A stretch of 32,000 nucleotides of DNA. It comes from Desulfobulbus propionicus DSM 2032 (GTDB lineage Bacteria; Desulfobacterota; Desulfobulbia; Desulfobulbales; Desulfobulbaceae). Location of the stretch: assembly GCF_000186885.1 (NCBI RefSeq), contig NC_014972.1, forward strand, positions 1,530,001 to 1,562,000. The letters are read 5' to 3'. Shown here piece by piece: positions 8,483 through 17,679 of the stretch (its first letter is position 1; the number at the start of each line of letters is the position of its first letter). A model generated the notes under the pieces. It had not been told where the DNA came from. It saw nothing but the letters and a program-made list of their open reading frames with translations, and did not search any database. The position numbers and the translations under genes were made by a program.

Positions 8483-9331
8483 TCAATCGTCGTTGCATGG
8501 ACGGCAGATTTGATTGTACCGATCGTCGCAGGTGGTGCGATCGATGTCGATGAACGTGCCGATCACCACCCCCTTGGCGAAATCGATGTCCGCCTGGGCC
8601 GGATCGGCACCGTTCTTGATGATCGTCCGATCCTGGTAGAGTTTGAGGGTATCGAGGGGCTTTTCCTTGTTGCGCCGGCCGTAATTGATGGGGCAGGGCG
8701 AGAGCACCTCGATGAAGGAAAATCCCTTGCGGCTGATGGCTTCGTTGATTGCCGTGGTTAGGTCCCGGGTCTGGAGAATGGTCCAGCGAGCCACATAGGA
8801 GGCGCCGGCGGCATAGGCCAGCAGCGGCAGGTTGAACGGCGCGTCCGGGTTGCCCAGCGGCGTGGTGGTCGATTTGGCCATGCTCGGCGTGGTGGCCGCC
8901 ACCTGGCCGCCGGTCATGCCGTAGGTCAGGTTGTTGACGCAGATCACGGTCAGGTCCATGTTGCGCCGCGCCGCATGGATGAAGTGATTGCCGCCTATGG
9001 CGAACAGGTCGCCGTCACCGGAAAAGACGATCACCTTGAGCTCCGGGTTGGCCATCTTGATGCCGGTGGCAAAGGGAATGGCCCGGCCGTGGGTGGTGTG
9101 AAAGGAGTCGAGCTTGATGTACCCGGCTCCACGCGCCGAGCAGCCAATGCCCGAAACCATGGTGAACTTGTTGTAGGGGATGCCGGTGGCCTTGATGGCG
9201 CTCAGGCACGAAGAAAACACCGTGCCGATGCCGCAACCCGGACACCAGATATGGGGGATGCGGTCGGTGCGGATCAGGTCGTCCAGCGGATGTTCGGGCT
9301 GCTTGGCCAATTTTTTCGGATTGGTGGTCAT
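8483..9331 (-). CDS. korB: 2-oxoacid (2-oxoglutarate):ferredoxin oxidoreductase, beta (TPP-binding) subunit
   Basis: IPHIWCPGCGIGTVFSSC...VSGIGCSARGAGYIKLDSFHTTHGRAIPFATGIKMANPELKVIVFSGDGDLFAIGGNHFIHAARRNMD. The start MTTNPKK at 9331 has an upstream AGGAG and follows korA closely. Confidence 0.95.
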   Translation of the reverse strand: MTTNPKKLAKQPEHPLDDLIRTDRIPHIWCPGCGIGTVFSSCLSAIKATGIPYNKFTMVSGIGCSARGAGYIKLDSFHTTHGRAIPFATGIKMANPELKVIVFSGDGDLFAIGGNHFIHAARRNMDLTVICVNNLTYGMTGGQVAATTPSMAKSTTTPLGNPDAPFNLPLLAYAAGASYVARWTILQTRDLTTAINEAISRKGFSFIEVLSPCPINYGRRNKEKPLDTLKLYQDRTIIKNGADPAQADIDFAKGVVIGTFIDIDRTTCDDRYNQICRPCNDD

Positions 9332-9335
9332 AAGC

Positions 9336-10481
9336 TTAAAATTTCTCCTGAATGCACTCCAGCACCTTGTCCGGGTGAATGATTTTGCCGCCGGCACTGC
9401 CGACCAGATAGGCTTGGGCTTGGCCGCCGGCACAACGCTCGACCTCGTAGTGGACCTGACCGAGGTTGATTTCCACGGTGATGAAGCCCTTGACCCGGGC
9501 CGCGATCTCGCGGATCAGCTTTTCGGGAAAGGGCCAGACCGTGACCAACCGCAACAGTCCGGCCTTGTAGCCCATGGCCCGGGCCTGGTCGACCGCGCTC
9601 AGGCCGGTGCGCACCGAGATGCCGTAGCTGACGATGACGATGTCGGCATCCTCCATCCGGTAACTCTCGGTCTCGATGATGTCGTCGAGGTTATTGCGGA
9701 TTTTGCCCTTGATCCGCGCCATCATCTCTTCCTGGGCCTCGACGGTCATCGAAGGGTAGCCGCGCTCGTCGTGGGTCAGGCCGGTCACGTGGATGTTGTA
9801 GCCGTCACCAATGGCTGGCATGGGGGCCACGCCGTTGGCTCCCGGTTCGTACAGCCTGAACCGGTCCTTGCGGCCGGTGGGTTTGGGCCGGTCGATCAGG
9901 CGGATCTTGCTGGCTTCGGGGATGACCACCTTCTCGCTCATGTGGCCGACAATTTCATCGGCCATGAGCAGCACCGGCACCCGGTATTTCTCGCTCAGGT
10001 TGAAGGCGCGGATGGTCTGGTAAAAACAATCCTGGGGCGAGGAGGGGGCCAGGGCAATCAGTTCGTAGTCGCCGTGCGAGCCCCAGCGGGCCTGCATCAT
10101 GTCGCCTTGGCCGGTCTGGGTGGGCAGGCCGGTGGACGGGCCGGTGCGCTGCACATTGACGATCACGCAGGGGGTTTCGGTGCACACGGCCAGGCCCAGG
10201 TTCTCCATCATCAAGCTGAATCCGGGGCCCGAGGTGGCGGTCATTGACTTGACCCCGGTCCAGGCCGCGCCGAGAATCGAGGCGATGGCCGCGATCTCGT
10301 CTTCCATCTGGATAAAGGTGCCGCCGATGTCGGGCAGGCGTTCGGCCATGTGTTCGGCGATCTCGGTGGCCGGGGTGATCGGATAGGCGCCGAAGAATTT
10401 GCATCCGGCCGCGATGGCCCCCTCGGCGCAGGCCACGTCGCCGGTGATGTAATGTTCGCCGGTAAGCACGGCAGGTTTCAT
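9336..10481 (-). CDS. korA: 2-oxoacid (2-oxoglutarate):ferredoxin oxidoreductase, alpha subunit
   Basis: LTGEHYITGDVACAEGAIAAGCKFFGAYPITPATEIAEHMAERLP...SGPGFSLMMENLGLAVCTETPCVIVNVQRTGPSTGLPTQTGQGD. Confidence 0.95.
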   Translation of the reverse strand: MKPAVLTGEHYITGDVACAEGAIAAGCKFFGAYPITPATEIAEHMAERLPDIGGTFIQMEDEIAAIASILGAAWTGVKSMTATSGPGFSLMMENLGLAVCTETPCVIVNVQRTGPSTGLPTQTGQGDMMQARWGSHGDYELIALAPSSPQDCFYQTIRAFNLSEKYRVPVLLMADEIVGHMSEKVVIPEASKIRLIDRPKPTGRKDRFRLYEPGANGVAPMPAIGDGYNIHVTGLTHDERGYPSMTVEAQEEMMARIKGKIRNNLDDIIETESYRMEDADIVIVSYGISVRTGLSAVDQARAMGYKAGLLRLVTVWPFPEKLIREIAARVKGFITVEINLGQVHYEVERCAGGQAQAYLVGSAGGKIIHPDKVLECIQEKF

Positions 10482-10502
10482 ATCAGGTCTCTCGCGGAAA
10501 AA

Positions 10503-10778
10503 TTATTTGGAAACGGCTGCTGGCTCGGTCTCCACCGAATAGATGGCGAACTCGGGGCAGATGATCTCACAGTAGTGGCAGTTGACGCATTCGCCGGGCT
10601 TGGTGACCACCGGCGGGTGGTACCCCTTGCGGTTGAACTTGTCGGAAAACTGGAGGATGTCCTTGGGGCAGAACTCGATGCAGTAGCCGCAGCCCTTGCA
10701 TCGGTCGTCGATGATGTACACCGTGCCCCGGGTGACTTGGATGTCCTGGGCGTCAAGAGGTACTCGCCAAAATGCCAT
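10503..10778 (-). CDS. korD: 4Fe-4S ferredoxin subunit of 2-oxoacid:ferredoxin oxidoreductase, delta subunit
   Basis: CKGCGYCIEFCPKDIL...CVNCHYCEIICPEFAIY in a 91-aa ORF immediately upstream of korA. Confidence 0.9.
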   Translation of the reverse strand: MAFWRVPLDAQDIQVTRGTVYIIDDRCKGCGYCIEFCPKDILQFSDKFNRKGYHPPVVTKPGECVNCHYCEIICPEFAIYSVETEPAAVSK

Positions 10779-10892
10779 GTTGCCTGCCTGTGTGTGGTAA
10801 GGGTTGCCTTCGTGCCGTTGTCACGGCGGGAGAAAGGATTGCCGCGAAGGAAAAACAGGAGACTGGATGGCCTCCGCACTCCCAAGCCTGCA

Positions 10893-10921
10893 ACTAAACT
10901 GGAAATAGATGTAGATGTCAA
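10893..10921 (-). promoter_or_regulatory. Predicted sigma-70-like promoter for the kor-hdr gene cluster
   Basis: The minus strand reads TTGACA-17 nt-TTTAGT upstream of korD. Confidence 0.6.
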
Positions 10922-11182
10922 GGGCGGAAACGAAAGAGGCGGGGGAAAGTTGAGACACGGTCGGATTTTTGTCGACGGTGTCTCTGATTTTTCTCCTGTG
11001 CTCTGTTTTGGTGGCCATGGGCTTCCAGCGGACCGGCACGCGGCGAGGACGGGTATTGACCGTCCGTATCGCGACAGACGGGAAACAACCGGTTGTGGCC
11101 TGTCCGTTTGGCTGGGGTGTGCTCCTTGTGGGTGCCGAAGTTTTCACGGCGCATAAAAAGGACCGGGTTGTCTTGTTGCGGG

Positions 11183-11210
11183 TTGCTGTTTTTTTCAGAC
11201 CTGGTATATT
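11183..11210 (+). promoter_or_regulatory. Predicted promoter of the TSUP permease gene
   Basis: TTGCTG-16 nt-TATATT, upstream of the start at 11274. Confidence 0.5.
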
Positions 11211-11211
11211 G

Positions 11212-11235
11212 ACACGAAAATAAAATCTATCGTGT
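11212..11235. promoter_or_regulatory. Inverted repeat ACACGA-N12-TCGTGT, candidate operator
   Basis: Perfect 6-bp arms immediately 3' of the predicted -10 element, which is a classical repressor position. Confidence 0.5.
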
Positions 11236-11273
11236 TTGTGTTGCCCACCCCCTCACCTTTCAAGGAGACGCCC

Positions 11274-12188
11274 ATGCTGTTTCCCCTCTCCGGCATCACC
11301 GTCGATCCGTGGCTCCCGCCCCTCGTTGCCTTTGTCATTTCCTTTTTCACCTCCATGGGCGGCATTTCCGGGGCCTTTCTCCTCTTACCCTTCCAGCTGT
11401 CGGTGCTTGGCTACACCCACCCATCGGTCAGTTCCACCAACCAGTTGTACAATATCGTCGCCATCCCTTCGGGTGTATACCGCTACTGCAAGGAGGGGCG
11501 GATGGTCTGGCCCCTGGCTTGGGCGGTGGTGATCGGTACTCTGCCCGGGGTGCTGATCGGCGCCGTGGTGCGGGTGACCGGCTTGCGCGACCCACGACAT
11601 TTCAAGCTGTTCGCCGCCGTGGTCATTCTCTATATCGCCCTCAAGATGATCAAGGATCTGCGCCGACGACCTGCCGAGGCGGCAGCCGCCTCCAAGGGCG
11701 GTCCATTGGCCGCCACCTACGGCAACCCAGGGACCACGGTGACCATTACCCATCGCAACCTGAAGCGGATCGGCTATACTTTTCAGGGAGAATCCTACGA
11801 TGTGTCGGTCATGGGAATAGGCGTCCTCTGCTTCATCGTCGGTATCATCGGCGGCATCTACGGTATTGGCGGCGGCGCGATCATCGCTCCCTTTCTCGTT
11901 ACCTTTTTCGGCCTGCCGGTCTACACCGTGGCCGGGGCGGCTCTGATGGGCACCTTCGTCACCTCGGTGGCCGGCGTGGTCTTCTACACGGCCATCGCGC
12001 CGCTTTATCCGCAGCTCTCGGTGGCCCCGGACTGGCTGCTCGGCATTCTCTTTGGCCTGGGCGGCATGGCCGGCATGTATCTGGGGGCCCGCTGCCAGAA
12101 ATTCGTTCCCGCACGGGCGATCAAAGGGATGCTGGTGGTCATCATGCTGGGCACGGCCCTCAAGTACATCCTCGAATTCCTCAAATAA
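11274..12188 (+). CDS. TSUP family (TauE/SafE-like) membrane permease
   Basis: MLFPLSGITVDPWLPPLVAFVISFFTSMGGISGAFLLLPFQLSVLGYTHPSVSSTNQLYNIVAIPSGV...GIGGGAIIAPFLVTFFGLPVYTVAGAALMGTFVTSVAGV, multiple transmembrane segments, and AAGGAGAC just upstream of the ATG. Confidence 0.88.
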   Translation: MLFPLSGITVDPWLPPLVAFVISFFTSMGGISGAFLLLPFQLSVLGYTHPSVSSTNQLYNIVAIPSGVYRYCKEGRMVWPLAWAVVIGTLPGVLIGAVVRVTGLRDPRHFKLFAAVVILYIALKMIKDLRRRPAEAAAASKGGPLAATYGNPGTTVTITHRNLKRIGYTFQGESYDVSVMGIGVLCFIVGIIGGIYGIGGGAIIAPFLVTFFGLPVYTVAGAALMGTFVTSVAGVVFYTAIAPLYPQLSVAPDWLLGILFGLGGMAGMYLGARCQKFVPARAIKGMLVVIMLGTALKYILEFLK

Positions 12189-12191
12189 CAA

Positions 12192-12235
12192 CAGGCGGCT
12201 CTGGACCGATGTCCAAGGCCGCCTGCCTGTTTTCC
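12192..12235. terminator. Possible terminator between convergent genes
   Basis: CAGGCGGC...GGAC-CGAT-GTCC...GCCGCCTG followed by CCTGTTTT. Confidence 0.4.
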
Positions 12236-12250
12236 GCTGCTCGATGCTGT

Positions 12251-13510
12251 TCAGGGTTGGGCGAACAGCTGGCCCACGGTCGCCGGAATGGCGCCCTTGG
12301 GAACCAGACCGTGATCCTTGCCCACGCTGTAGACTCCGAACCACTGTTCCGGATCGTCCGCATCCTGGCGCAGGGACTCCTCCGGTCCCTTGGCGCTCTT
12401 CCACCACTCGTCCTGCAGTTCAAAGAAAACCAGACCGCTGAAGCGCTCCTTGCCTGCGGCGGTGCGGATATCCCGCCAGACCGAAGTAAAGGTCGCGGGC
12501 ACGTCCTCGATCTTGTGGCCGCCAAATCCCGGCACCCAGGGTTTGGGTTCGAAGGGGGAGGTCGACAGGCCCACCTGGGTGATGAGGATCGGCTGTTTCG
12601 ATTCCCTGGCCAACTGTTCCAGATAGCCCTGGTAGGTTGTCCCGGTCACTGAACCGGGCGGGGAGGTGCGCACGCCGTTGGCATAGGTGTAGACGTTGAG
12701 GCAGATCAGATCCCCCATGTCCGGCACGAGGATGTCCTTGCGGCTGACCTCCAGGTCTGGTCGGTCGGCGATCGGACCGATGTGGGTCCAGCTGGTATGG
12801 CAGTAGAGATGGCGTTGGCCGTAGCGCGTCAGCTCATAGTCCATGGCCTCGTCCACCAGCTTGGCCATGGCCACCTCGGTGGGCGTGCGGTTGGTGACGT
12901 GCAGGTGTTTGCCTTTGTACTCGCGTACCTCGGGGTGGCGTTGATTGGTTGATTTGACGCACTTGGCCTGGAGTTCGTCGCCAATGGAAAACAGCACCAG
13001 CCGATCCGGGCGGCCCACCTTGTAGGTGTGATCGATCACCTCCTTGATGTCGTTGAGGGTCTTGGCCTGGAAGGCCGGGGCGAGGAAATCCTCCTCATAG
13101 GCCCAGATCCATACATCCTGGCCGTAGACCAGGTCGGTCTTGTCCAGGGCGGCGAAGAAATTGGGCGGCATCAGCCGGGGAAACACATGGAGATAATTGA
13201 CATTCATCGCCTTGATCAGGGTCAGATGATCGTTGTAGCGGTTGTCGTTGCCGGGTTGGGCGCCGCGTACCGGCGTTTCGCCGGGAAGAAAGGGCGAGTA
13301 GCCCATGCCACGGAAAAAAATCGGGGTGTCCGGGGCGCGAGCGTCAACCAGTGTGTGCCCCCGGACCACGAAGCGGCTGGGCGTGGGGGTGGCCGGGTTG
13401 AGGGTCATGGTCCTGTCGGCTTGGGCGGCATGGCTTGCGGTGTACAGGGACAGGAACAGGGCGAGCAGGGGAATGGCAGCAAAAAGGCGGGGTGGTGTGT
13501 TCATGGGCAT
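12251..13510 (-). CDS. Secreted glycoside-hydrolase-like (TIM-barrel-type) protein of unassigned family
   Basis: Signal peptide (RLFAAIPLLALFLSLYTASHAAQA) and an N-terminal FFRGMGYSPFLPGE segment, plus candidate acidic active-site segments (LFSIGDELQ; GLVFFELQDEWWKS). Confidence 0.6.
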   Translation of the reverse strand: MPMNTPPRLFAAIPLLALFLSLYTASHAAQADRTMTLNPATPTPSRFVVRGHTLVDARAPDTPIFFRGMGYSPFLPGETPVRGAQPGNDNRYNDHLTLIKAMNVNYLHVFPRLMPPNFFAALDKTDLVYGQDVWIWAYEEDFLAPAFQAKTLNDIKEVIDHTYKVGRPDRLVLFSIGDELQAKCVKSTNQRHPEVREYKGKHLHVTNRTPTEVAMAKLVDEAMDYELTRYGQRHLYCHTSWTHIGPIADRPDLEVSRKDILVPDMGDLICLNVYTYANGVRTSPPGSVTGTTYQGYLEQLARESKQPILITQVGLSTSPFEPKPWVPGFGGHKIEDVPATFTSVWRDIRTAAGKERFSGLVFFELQDEWWKSAKGPEESLRQDADDPEQWFGVYSVGKDHGLVPKGAIPATVGQLFAQP

Positions 13511-13724
13511 GGCAAGGAAAAGAGGGTTGTCGGGATGACCGGAGCTGGCCGAGCTGTCGGGGTTCGGCTACCGGCGTGATCGGTGTTTACTGTAAAGGAA
13601 GAGGCGGGGAAGATAAAGCACTTGTTGGCGTCGATCCGGGAACAGGAGGCAAAGTACCGTAATCGACGGCCGCTGCCGGATGGACCGGCATCCGGCCAGG
13701 GGCGGGGAGAGGCACAACCTTGTT

Positions 13725-13753
13725 TTGACATTCTTCTTTTCCGGTCCTATTGT
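13725..13753 (+). promoter_or_regulatory. Predicted sigma-70-like promoter
   Basis: TTGACA-17 nt-TATTGT upstream of the CDS at 13816. Confidence 0.55.
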
Positions 13754-13815
13754 GACCAGCAAGCATGCGGGCCGGTCGGCATCGGCCCGCGGACCCCCAA
13801 CCGAAGGAGGACAAG

Positions 13816-15162
13816 ATGCGATTTGTGATCATCGGCGGTGATGCCGCCGGCATGAGCGCGGCCAGTCGGGCCAGGCGCAACGACCCCGGCATGGAAATCA
13901 TCGTGCTGGAGCAGGGGCGGGACGTGTCCTACAGCGCGTGCAACATTCCGTACAACATCGCCGATCCGCGTCGGGAAATGGAGGATCTGGTGGTCCGCAG
14001 CGCGCGCGCCTTCCGCGAAAAGCAGGGCATTGACCTGCGGACCGGCCATCGGGTGGAGCACATCGATCGGGCCGGCAAGACGGTTGCCGGCCGGACCGCC
14101 GGGGGGGAGCCGTTCACGGTCGCCTATGATCGGCTGCTGATCGCCACCGGCGCCGATCCGATCAAGCCGCCGATCGAGGGCATGGACCTGTCCGGCGTGT
14201 TCGTGGTCAAGAATTTGGAGCATGGCCGGCGGATCAAGACCTTTCTCCGCGACCGGCAGGCGAAACGGGCGGTGATCGTCGGCATGGGCTACATCGCCCT
14301 GGAAATGGCCGAGGCCCTGAGCGAACGAGGATTGGCGGTGGATCTGATCAAACCGAGGGCCGGTCTGCTGCCCTGGCTCGATCCCGCCTTGTCCCAACCG
14401 GTGCGGGAACTGCTGGTCGCTCGGGGCGTGGGGGTGCATGACGGCTACCCGATCGAGCGCATCATTGCCGAGGGTGAACAGCTGCGGGTGATAGCCGGGG
14501 AACTGCGGCTGGAGGCCGATGTGGTGATCGCGGCCATCGGCGTGACCCCCAACGCGTCCCTGGCCCGTGAAGCCGGACTTGACGTGAGTGTCGGAGGCTC
14601 GATCGCGGTGGACCGGGGGCTACGCACCTCTGATTCGGCCATCTATGCCGCCGGCGACTGCGCCGACAGCTACCACATCGTTACCGGTGAGAAAACCTGG
14701 ATTCCGCTGGCCCTGCGCGCCAATCGGGCCGGCTGGGCCGTGGCCGACAATGTCTGCGGCCAGCAGGTGGAGTTGCCGGGCGTGGCCGGCACCGCGGTGT
14801 TCAAGGTCTTTGCCATGCAGGTGGCGCGCACGGGCCTCAACGAGGCCGAGGCGAGGGGGGCCGGGTTTGATCCGGTCCGGGTGCAGATCAGGTCCAAATC
14901 CCGGGCCGGCATCTATCCCGGGGCCCAGCCGGTGTATGTGTCCATGGTTGGCGACCGGGCTAGCGGCCGTCTGCTCGGCGCGCAGATGACCGGCATTGAT
15001 CAGGTGGCCCACCGGATCAATGCCGTGGCCGTGGCCCTGCTGGCCGGGATGGGGGTGGCCGAGTTCAGTCAGAGCGACCTCGCCTATGCCCCGCCTTTCG
15101 GCCCCACCTGGGACCCGCTGCTGACCGCAGCCAATCAGCTCGTCAAGCAGTTGAAGGGATGA
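13816..15162 (+). CDS. FAD-dependent pyridine nucleotide-disulfide oxidoreductase (CoA-disulfide reductase / NADH oxidase-like)
   Basis: MRFVIIGGDAAGMSAASRARRNDPGMEIIVLEQGRDVSYSACNIPYNIAD, VIVGMGYIALEMAEAL and IYAAGDCADSYHIVTG. AGGAGG lies upstream. Confidence 0.9.
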   Translation: MRFVIIGGDAAGMSAASRARRNDPGMEIIVLEQGRDVSYSACNIPYNIADPRREMEDLVVRSARAFREKQGIDLRTGHRVEHIDRAGKTVAGRTAGGEPFTVAYDRLLIATGADPIKPPIEGMDLSGVFVVKNLEHGRRIKTFLRDRQAKRAVIVGMGYIALEMAEALSERGLAVDLIKPRAGLLPWLDPALSQPVRELLVARGVGVHDGYPIERIIAEGEQLRVIAGELRLEADVVIAAIGVTPNASLAREAGLDVSVGGSIAVDRGLRTSDSAIYAAGDCADSYHIVTGEKTWIPLALRANRAGWAVADNVCGQQVELPGVAGTAVFKVFAMQVARTGLNEAEARGAGFDPVRVQIRSKSRAGIYPGAQPVYVSMVGDRASGRLLGAQMTGIDQVAHRINAVAVALLAGMGVAEFSQSDLAYAPPFGPTWDPLLTAANQLVKQLKG

Positions 15163-15193
15163 GCCTGTTTCGTTTCGGAAGGGCTCGTCGGAT

Positions 15194-16477
15194 TCAGAGG
15201 CAGCCGTCGACCGCCTCCGGGGGCAGGGTGCTCTTGACGTCGTAGATTACCGCCGCGGGTTTGCACAGGGCCCGCAGCTGTTCGGCGGAGAGGGTGGCGA
15301 ATTCCCGGTGGGCCACGGCCAGGATCACCGCGTCGTAGCGGCCCTGGGACGGGGGGTCGATCATGGTGACCCCGTACAGGCGCCGGGCTTCGTCCTGATC
15401 CACCCAGGGATCGTGGACCTCGACCCTGGCACCGAAGGTTCCCAGTTCGTCAATGATGTCGATCACCCGGGTGTTGCGCAGGTCGGGGCAGTTCTCCTTG
15501 AAGGTCAGGCCAAGAACGAGGATGTGGGCGTCGGCTACGTGGATGCGGCGCTTGAGCATCAGCTTGACCGTTTCCGAGGCGATGTAGCGGCCCATGTCGT
15601 CGTTGAGCCGGCGGCCGGCCAGGATCATCTCCGGATGGTAGCCGACCTCCTGGGCCTTGTGGGTCAGATAGTAGGGATCGACGCCGATACAGTGACCGCC
15701 GACCAGGCCGGGGCGGAAGGGCAGGAAGTTCCACTTGGTGCCGGCCGCCTTGAGCACTTCATGGGTGTTGATGCCCAGACGGTTGAAAATCAGGGCCAGC
15801 TCGTTGATCAGGGCGATGTTGACGTCGCGCTGGGTGTTCTCGATCACCTTGGCCGCCTCGGCCACCCGGATGGAACTGGCCTTGAAGGTGCCGGCGGTGA
15901 TCACCAGGCCGTAGAGGGCGTCGACAAAGTCGGCGATTTCCGGAGTCGAGCCGGAAGTGACCTTCATGATCGTCGGCAGCCGGTGCTCGTGGTCGCCGGG
16001 GTTGATCCGCTCCGGGCTGTAGCCGGCAAAAAAGTCGCGGTTGAACGCCAGGCCGCTGTCCCGTTCCAGGATCGGCACGCAGACTTCCTCGGTGGCCCCC
16101 GGATAGACGGTGGACTCGTAAATAACCACGTCGCCCTTGTTCAGCACCTTGGCCACGGTTTCCGAGGCCCGGATCAGGGGGGTGAAATCGGGCCGCTTGT
16201 TGGTGTCGATCGGGGTCGGTACGGCGACGATAAACACGTTGCAGGGCCGCAATTCCTCGATATCGCAGGTATAGTGCAGTTCCCCCGCCTGCCTGAGCTC
16301 TTCGCTGGAAACCTCGCGGGTGACATCGATGTGGCGCCGCAACTCATCGATTCGCTGCGCCTTGAGATCAAAGCCCACGGTCGGGACTTTCTTGCTGAAT
16401 TCCACGGCCAGGGGCAGGCCGACATAACCAAGACCAATGATGCCGATACGGCTATTTTCCAGAACGGGCATGGGCAT
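15194..16477 (-). CDS. Nucleotide-sugar dehydrogenase (UDP-N-acetylhexosamine/UDP-glucose dehydrogenase family, WbpO/TviB-like)
   Basis: [38 protein letters not shown]...[11 protein letters not shown]...[17 protein letters not shown]...[16 protein letters not shown]...[24 protein letters not shown]. The start may also be at 16471. Confidence 0.93.
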   Translation of the reverse strand: MPMPVLENSRIGIIGLGYVGLPLAVEFSKKVPTVGFDLKAQRIDELRRHIDVTREVSSEELRQAGELHYTCDIEELRPCNVFIVAVPTPIDTNKRPDFTPLIRASETVAKVLNKGDVVIYESTVYPGATEEVCVPILERDSGLAFNRDFFAGYSPERINPGDHEHRLPTIMKVTSGSTPEIADFVDALYGLVITAGTFKASSIRVAEAAKVIENTQRDVNIALINELALIFNRLGINTHEVLKAAGTKWNFLPFRPGLVGGHCIGVDPYYLTHKAQEVGYHPEMILAGRRLNDDMGRYIASETVKLMLKRRIHVADAHILVLGLTFKENCPDLRNTRVIDIIDELGTFGARVEVHDPWVDQDEARRLYGVTMIDPPSQGRYDAVILAVAHREFATLSAEQLRALCKPAAVIYDVKSTLPPEAVDGCL

Positions 16478-16574
16478 TTCCTTAGAGGGGGTGAAGAAGA
16501 GCGGGGCTAGCTGCTTGATTTGTTTCAAGGAGTATAGGCCGAACCGGGGTGTTCGCAAAGGCCTTTTTCGTTCT

Positions 16575-17246
16575 TCAGACACCGCGGGCGCGATCGGGCC
16601 AGAGCAGGGCGTGCAGTTGCAGCTGCAGGCGAACGTTGAGCCGGTGGTCGAGCAGCAGCTGGGCGAGCAGGGCCGGGTCCAGCAGAGGGCGCACCGGCGA
16701 GAACAGGACCGGCAGCAGCCGGTCGAGCCGTTCGCGCGTCACCACCTGCCGGGCCCAGTGGAAATCATCGACCGAGCTGAGCACGAACTTGATCTCGTCG
16801 CGGCACTGCCGCCGGGCCCGTTCCCGCAGCAGGTCGAGGTTGTCGGCCAGGTTGTGAGCCGCCATGCCCGAATCCGGGCATTTGATGTCCATGACGATCC
16901 CCACTTCCTCCGGCACGCCGCACAGCGGCAGGCTGCCATTGGTTTCCAGCAGGACCGTGAGGCCGGCGGCAAGCAGGTTCCGCATGAGCGGATAGACGCC
17001 GTTCTGGCGCAGCGGCTCGCCGCCGGTGACTTCCACCATGACGCCGGGATACTGCTCGGCCCAGGCGAGAATTTCGTCCACGGTCATGGTTTCGCCGGTT
17101 TCCTCCCAGGTGTAGCGGGCATCGCAATAGCTGCAACGGAGATTGCAGCCGGCCAGCCGCACGAACAGGCAGGGCAGACCGGCCCGGGTCGATTCGCCCT
17201 GGATGGAATAAAAGCGTTCGCAAACCAGCAGGGGCTCAGTCACCAT
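16575..17246 (-). CDS. queE: 7-carboxy-7-deazaguanine synthase (radical SAM)
   Basis: [40 protein letters not shown] contains a CxxxCxxC radical SAM motif, followed by [10 protein letters not shown]. It overlaps queD. Confidence 0.93.
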   Translation of the reverse strand: MVTEPLLVCERFYSIQGESTRAGLPCLFVRLAGCNLRCSYCDARYTWEETGETMTVDEILAWAEQYPGVMVEVTGGEPLRQNGVYPLMRNLLAAGLTVLLETNGSLPLCGVPEEVGIVMDIKCPDSGMAAHNLADNLDLLRERARRQCRDEIKFVLSSVDDFHWARQVVTRERLDRLLPVLFSPVRPLLDPALLAQLLLDHRLNVRLQLQLHALLWPDRARGV

Positions 17247-17604
17247 AATAGATCACGCCGGTGGAATCCGTTTCCCGCACTTCGACGCTGTACAGGCGGT
17301 AGCGTTCGGTCGTGAGCCGCGGCCTGAGACTGTCGAACAGGAACATGGCGATGTGTTCGGAAGAAGGGTTGATCTCTCGGAAGGCCGGGTGCTCGTTCAG
17401 GTCGCGGTGGTCGAGTTCGTCAACCACGGCATTGACCGTTTGTTTCAGCTGCTTGAAGTCGATGCCCATGCCGAGCTGATCGAGCTGGGAGGCCCGGACC
17501 GTGACTTTGACCTTCCAGTTGTGGCCATGGGGATTCTCGCAGTTGCCCGGGTAGGCGCGGAGGTGGTGGCCCCCGGAAAAATGGGTCTTGATGAACACAT
17601 CCAT
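17236..17604 (-). CDS. queD: 6-carboxy-5,6,7,8-tetrahydropterin synthase
   Basis: MDVFIKTHFSGGHHLRAYPGNCENPHGHNWKVKVTV...MGIDFKQLKQTVNAVVDELDHRDLNE...SSEHIAMFLFDSLRP. Start at 17604 with GGAG upstream. Confidence 0.93.
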   Translation of the reverse strand: MDVFIKTHFSGGHHLRAYPGNCENPHGHNWKVKVTVRASQLDQLGMGIDFKQLKQTVNAVVDELDHRDLNEHPAFREINPSSEHIAMFLFDSLRPRLTTERYRLYSVEVRETDSTGVIYYGD

Positions 17605-17679
17605 GGTGTACTCCTTGGATATTGAGGGAAAAAGCGAAGAGGACCAGAAAAAAACCGGCTTGCGCGGCATCCTGGTGAA

